Shown in pieces: positions 60,954 through 64,000 of a stretch of DNA of 64,000 bases. Source of the DNA: Chiloscyllium plagiosum (taxonomy: Eukaryota); assembly GCF_004010195.1 (NCBI RefSeq), contig NC_057720.1:20576448-20640447 (forward strand), read 5' to 3'. Position 1 is the first letter of the stretch. The number at the start of each line of letters is the position of its first letter. The notes under the pieces were generated by a model, which searched no databases, was not told the origin of the DNA, and saw only the letters and a list, made by a program, of their open reading frames with translations. The translations under genes were made by a program, and so were the position numbers.

Positions 60954-61599
60954 TCTCTAAAGAAGGAGGCCATCTGGTGTGTTCTGTGGTGGAACTGATC
61001 CTCCTAGGAGCAGATACAGCGGAGGCGGAGGAATTGGGAATACGGGATGGCATTTTTGCAGTAGGTAGGGTGGGAAGAGGTGTAATGCAGGTGGCTGTGG
61101 GAGTCGGTGGGTTTGTAAAAAATGTCAGTGTCAAGTCGGTCATCATTAAAGGAGACGGGGAGGTCCAGGAAGGGGAGGGAGGTGTCAGAGATGGTCCAGG
61201 TAAATTTAATGTCAGGCTGGAATGTGTTGGTGAAGTTATCCCACATTCCCTTCATTTGTAACTTTAAAATGGAACAGTGTGATGGCATTGGCGCAAGATG
61301 ATGAAGGGTTAGGGAGATATTAACCTATTACTCAAAAGTCCCATGGGAGTGAAGGTGTAGATAATATTGAAGCACGGAAAATATTGGGAAAATGTGAACA
61401 AAGGTTTAACCTGTCTCCCACCCTGTGCTTCCCACCTCCAAAACCAGCTCCTGTCCGTACATTGTTATGTTTCCTTCTGTTGGAATTTTAATGCCTTCCT
61501 TCTCCAGTGCCTCTGTCCTTTGTCATTAATTGATCTGGATTTTCCACTGGCCAGTCATGATTCCAATGTAGATGGAAGTTGCATTTGGGGATCCCCAGT

Positions 61600-62395
61600 G
61601 TAGCAGACTGTGAAGGCATTTCCTGGGAAATTGAAGTCTCGTCTGGAGGTCATTGGATGGATCAAAGCTGGATCATCCACTTAAGACTTCAGGCTGAAGA
61701 TTGATGCGAATGCTTCAGCACTACCATTTGCACTGATGTGCTGGGCTCTTTCGTCATTGAGGTTGGGGATATTTATGGAGCTTCTTCCTCCAGTGAGCTG
61801 TTTAATTGTCCACCACTATTCACGACTGGATGTGACAGGATTGTAGAGATCAGATCTGATCTGTTGGCTGTAGGATCAATTAGATATGTCTATCACTTGC
61901 TGCTTATGCTGTTTTGCATGCTAATAGTCCTATTTGGTAGCTTCATCCGGTTGATACCTCATGTTTAGGTATGCCTGGTGCTGCTCCTGGCCTCCTCAAC
62001 TCTCTAATCAACCAGGGCTGATCCTTGGCTTTATAGTAATGGTTGAGTGGGGGATATGCCATGAGGTTACGGATTGTACTGGAGTACAATCCGTGCTGCT
62101 GTTGGTGGCCCATGGTGCCTCATGGAAGCCCAGTCTTGAGTTGCTAGATCTGTTCAACATCAGTCCCATTTGGCACAGTGATAGTGCCACAGAACATGAC
62201 GGAGGTTATTCTCAATATGAAGCTAGACTTCATCTCCACAAGGACTGTGTAACGGTCGCTCTGACTGATACTGTCACTCTTAGCAATACTGTCATGGACA
62301 GATGCATCTGCAGCAGGCAGAATGGTGAATATGAGGTCAAGTTTGTTTTCCCCTCTTGGTTCCTTCACCACCTGCTGCAGACCCAGTCTAGCACC
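61600..62395 (-). mobile_element. LINE (CR1/L2 group) endonuclease-linker fragment
   Basis: Minus translation LQQVVKEPRGENKLDLIFT...SDRYTVLVE (PTR..LDL..SDH-like APE motifs). Confidence 0.7.
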
Positions 62396-63355
62396 TACTG
62401 GAGTTCCGTAGGGGTCAGTGTTGCGACTACAATTATTCACATAATCCATTTCAGATCTGGATGAAGGAACTTTTGCTAAGTTTGCAGATGGCATAAAGGT
62501 AGGTGGAGGGACACTAGTGTGGAGGCAGTGGAGAGCTGCAGAAAGGCTTGGAGATGCTGGGAGCACGGGCAAAGAAGTGGCAGGTGCAATACGGTGTGGG
62601 AAAATGAGACTTGCTGCATTTTGGTAAGAAGAATGGAGGTGTAAACATTTTCTATATGGGGAAAGGTTTTGGAAATCTGAAGCACAATGGGACTTGAGAA
62701 TCCTATTTTAGGATTCTCTTAAGGTTAACATGCAGGTTCAGTTGGCAGTTAGGAAGGCAAATGTAATGTTCACATTTATTTCAAGAGGGCTAGTAAACAA
62801 GAACACTGATGTACTTTTGAGGCTGTGTAATGCTCTGGTCAGATCGCATTTAGAATATTGTGAGCAGTTTCGGGCCTGGTATCTAAGGAAGAATGTGTTA
62901 GTCTTGGAGAGACTCCAGAGAAGGTTTACAAGACTGATCCCAGGGATGAAGGGCTTGTCCTGCCAGGAGTGGTTGAGGTCTCTGGGTCTGTACTCGATGG
63001 CATTTAGAAGGATGAGGGGTCATATTTGAAATTTACAGCATACTAAGAGGCCTGGATAGAGTGGGCTGATAGATGTTACCACTAGTAGGAGAGACTGGGA
63101 CCTGAGGGCAAAGCCTCAGAGTGAAAGGATGATCTTTTCTAACTGAAATGATGAGAAATTTCTCCAGCCAGAGGACCATGAATCCATGAAACTCATTCGC
63201 ACAGAAGACGACACAGGCCAAGTCTGATAGTAGGGGGATCAAGGGTTACAGGGAGAAGGCAGGAGAATGGGTTGAGAAACATATCAGCCACGATCGAATG
63301 GCGGAGCTGATGACTGCTAATGGCCTAATTCTGTTCCTGTATCTTATGGTCTTAC
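62396..63355 (+). mobile_element. CR1 LINE 3' end (RT C-terminus and tail)
   Basis: AKFADGIKVGG; ORF 62730-63029 LLRLCNALVRSHLEYCEQF...LERLQRRFTRLIPGMKGL; tail tcttatggtctta. Confidence 0.9.
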
Positions 63356-63684
63356 GGTACCCTATTCCCACTTTCTCCTCATTTTGTGATCTCTTTAGTC
63401 CTAAGAACTGTATCTAAGTCCTCCTTAAAACACCCAATGTTTTGGCCTCACCTACTTTCTGGGCTGAGAATTGCACAGGCTCACCACTATCTGGCCAAAG
63501 AAATAACTCCTCAGCTCAGAGCTCAATGGATTATTCCATACCTTTAGACTGTGACTCCTGGCTGTGGACTCCCCAGTCATCAGGAACATCCTTCCTGTGT
63601 TTACCATGTCTAGTCCTGTTAGATTTTTATAGGCTTCTATGAGATTCTATTCCCCTGCCCCCTGCCATTTATATAAAGGATGAG

Positions 63685-64000
63685 TGATGGTCTAGTGTTA
63701 TTATCACTGCACTGTTAACCCAGAGACCCACATAATGTTCTGGGGACTCTGATTTGAACCCCACGGTGGTAGATAGTAAAACTTGAATTCAATTTAAAAA
63801 ATCTGAAATTAAGAGTCTAATGATGACCATGAAACCATTGTCGATTGTCAGGAAAAACCCATCTGGTTCATTAACATCACTCGGGGAAGGAAACCATCCT
63901 TAACTGGTCTGCCCTACATGTGACTCCAGACCCACAGCAATGTGGTGAACTCTTAACTGTAATTAGAGATGGGCACTAAATGCTGGTCTAGTCAGCGGTG
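63685..64000 (+). mobile_element. tRNA-derived SINE, truncated by the window end
   Basis: gtctagtgttatt...gatttgaacccc...aacccatctggttcatt...gggcactaaatgctgg. Confidence 0.7.

Larger units (their letters stand above)
60061..61238 (-). mobile_element. 5'-truncated Penelope-like retrotransposon (RT C-terminus, gap, 3' pLTR with hammerhead)
   Basis: Minus ORF FTNTFQPDIKFTWTISDTSLPFLDL...DIFYKPTDSHSHLHYTSSHP...NAIPYSQFLRLRCICS (PLE RT thumb motifs). The GIY-YIG region would fall in the gap. Confidence 0.9.

Noticed and set aside
60125..61261. Long ORFs of 231-313 aa
   Set aside because: Mostly X from the gap; only the minus-strand PLE RT piece is meaningful.
58814..64000. Search for SLC44A3 exon 12 (expected Cys-rich ...RCCxCCxWCL)
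   Set aside because: No such sequence seen; it is presumably beyond the window.

Overview
Vertebrate genomic DNA, very probably from a shark (inferred from HE1-type tRNA SINEs, HER1/CR1-type LINEs and SacSINE1/DeuSINE-like repeats). The window holds the 5' two-thirds of one + strand gene, SLC44A3 (choline transporter-like protein 3, CTL3). I read 11 coding exons from 5082 to 58813 by hand: all junctions are GT-AG, phases are compatible, and they join into 1398 nt / 466 codons without a stop. The gene continues past the window. Almost all ORF-track entries are spurious or are transposon fragments. Introns and upstream DNA are full of CR1/L2 LINE fragments, at least four SINE families, a Gypsy RT relic, solo LTRs and Penelope-like elements (PLEs). 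The most striking hidden signal is about a dozen minimal type-I hammerhead ribozyme motifs (CUGANGA-stem II-GAAA-palindrome-UH) from several sequence families with covarying stem II. They occur in PLE 3' ends and in short non-autonomous fold-back elements flanked by 8-15 bp target-site duplications, and seven lie sense-strand inside SLC44A3 introns. Three assembly gaps are present. Repeat family names and paralog comparisons come from recalled consensus sequences, not database searches.
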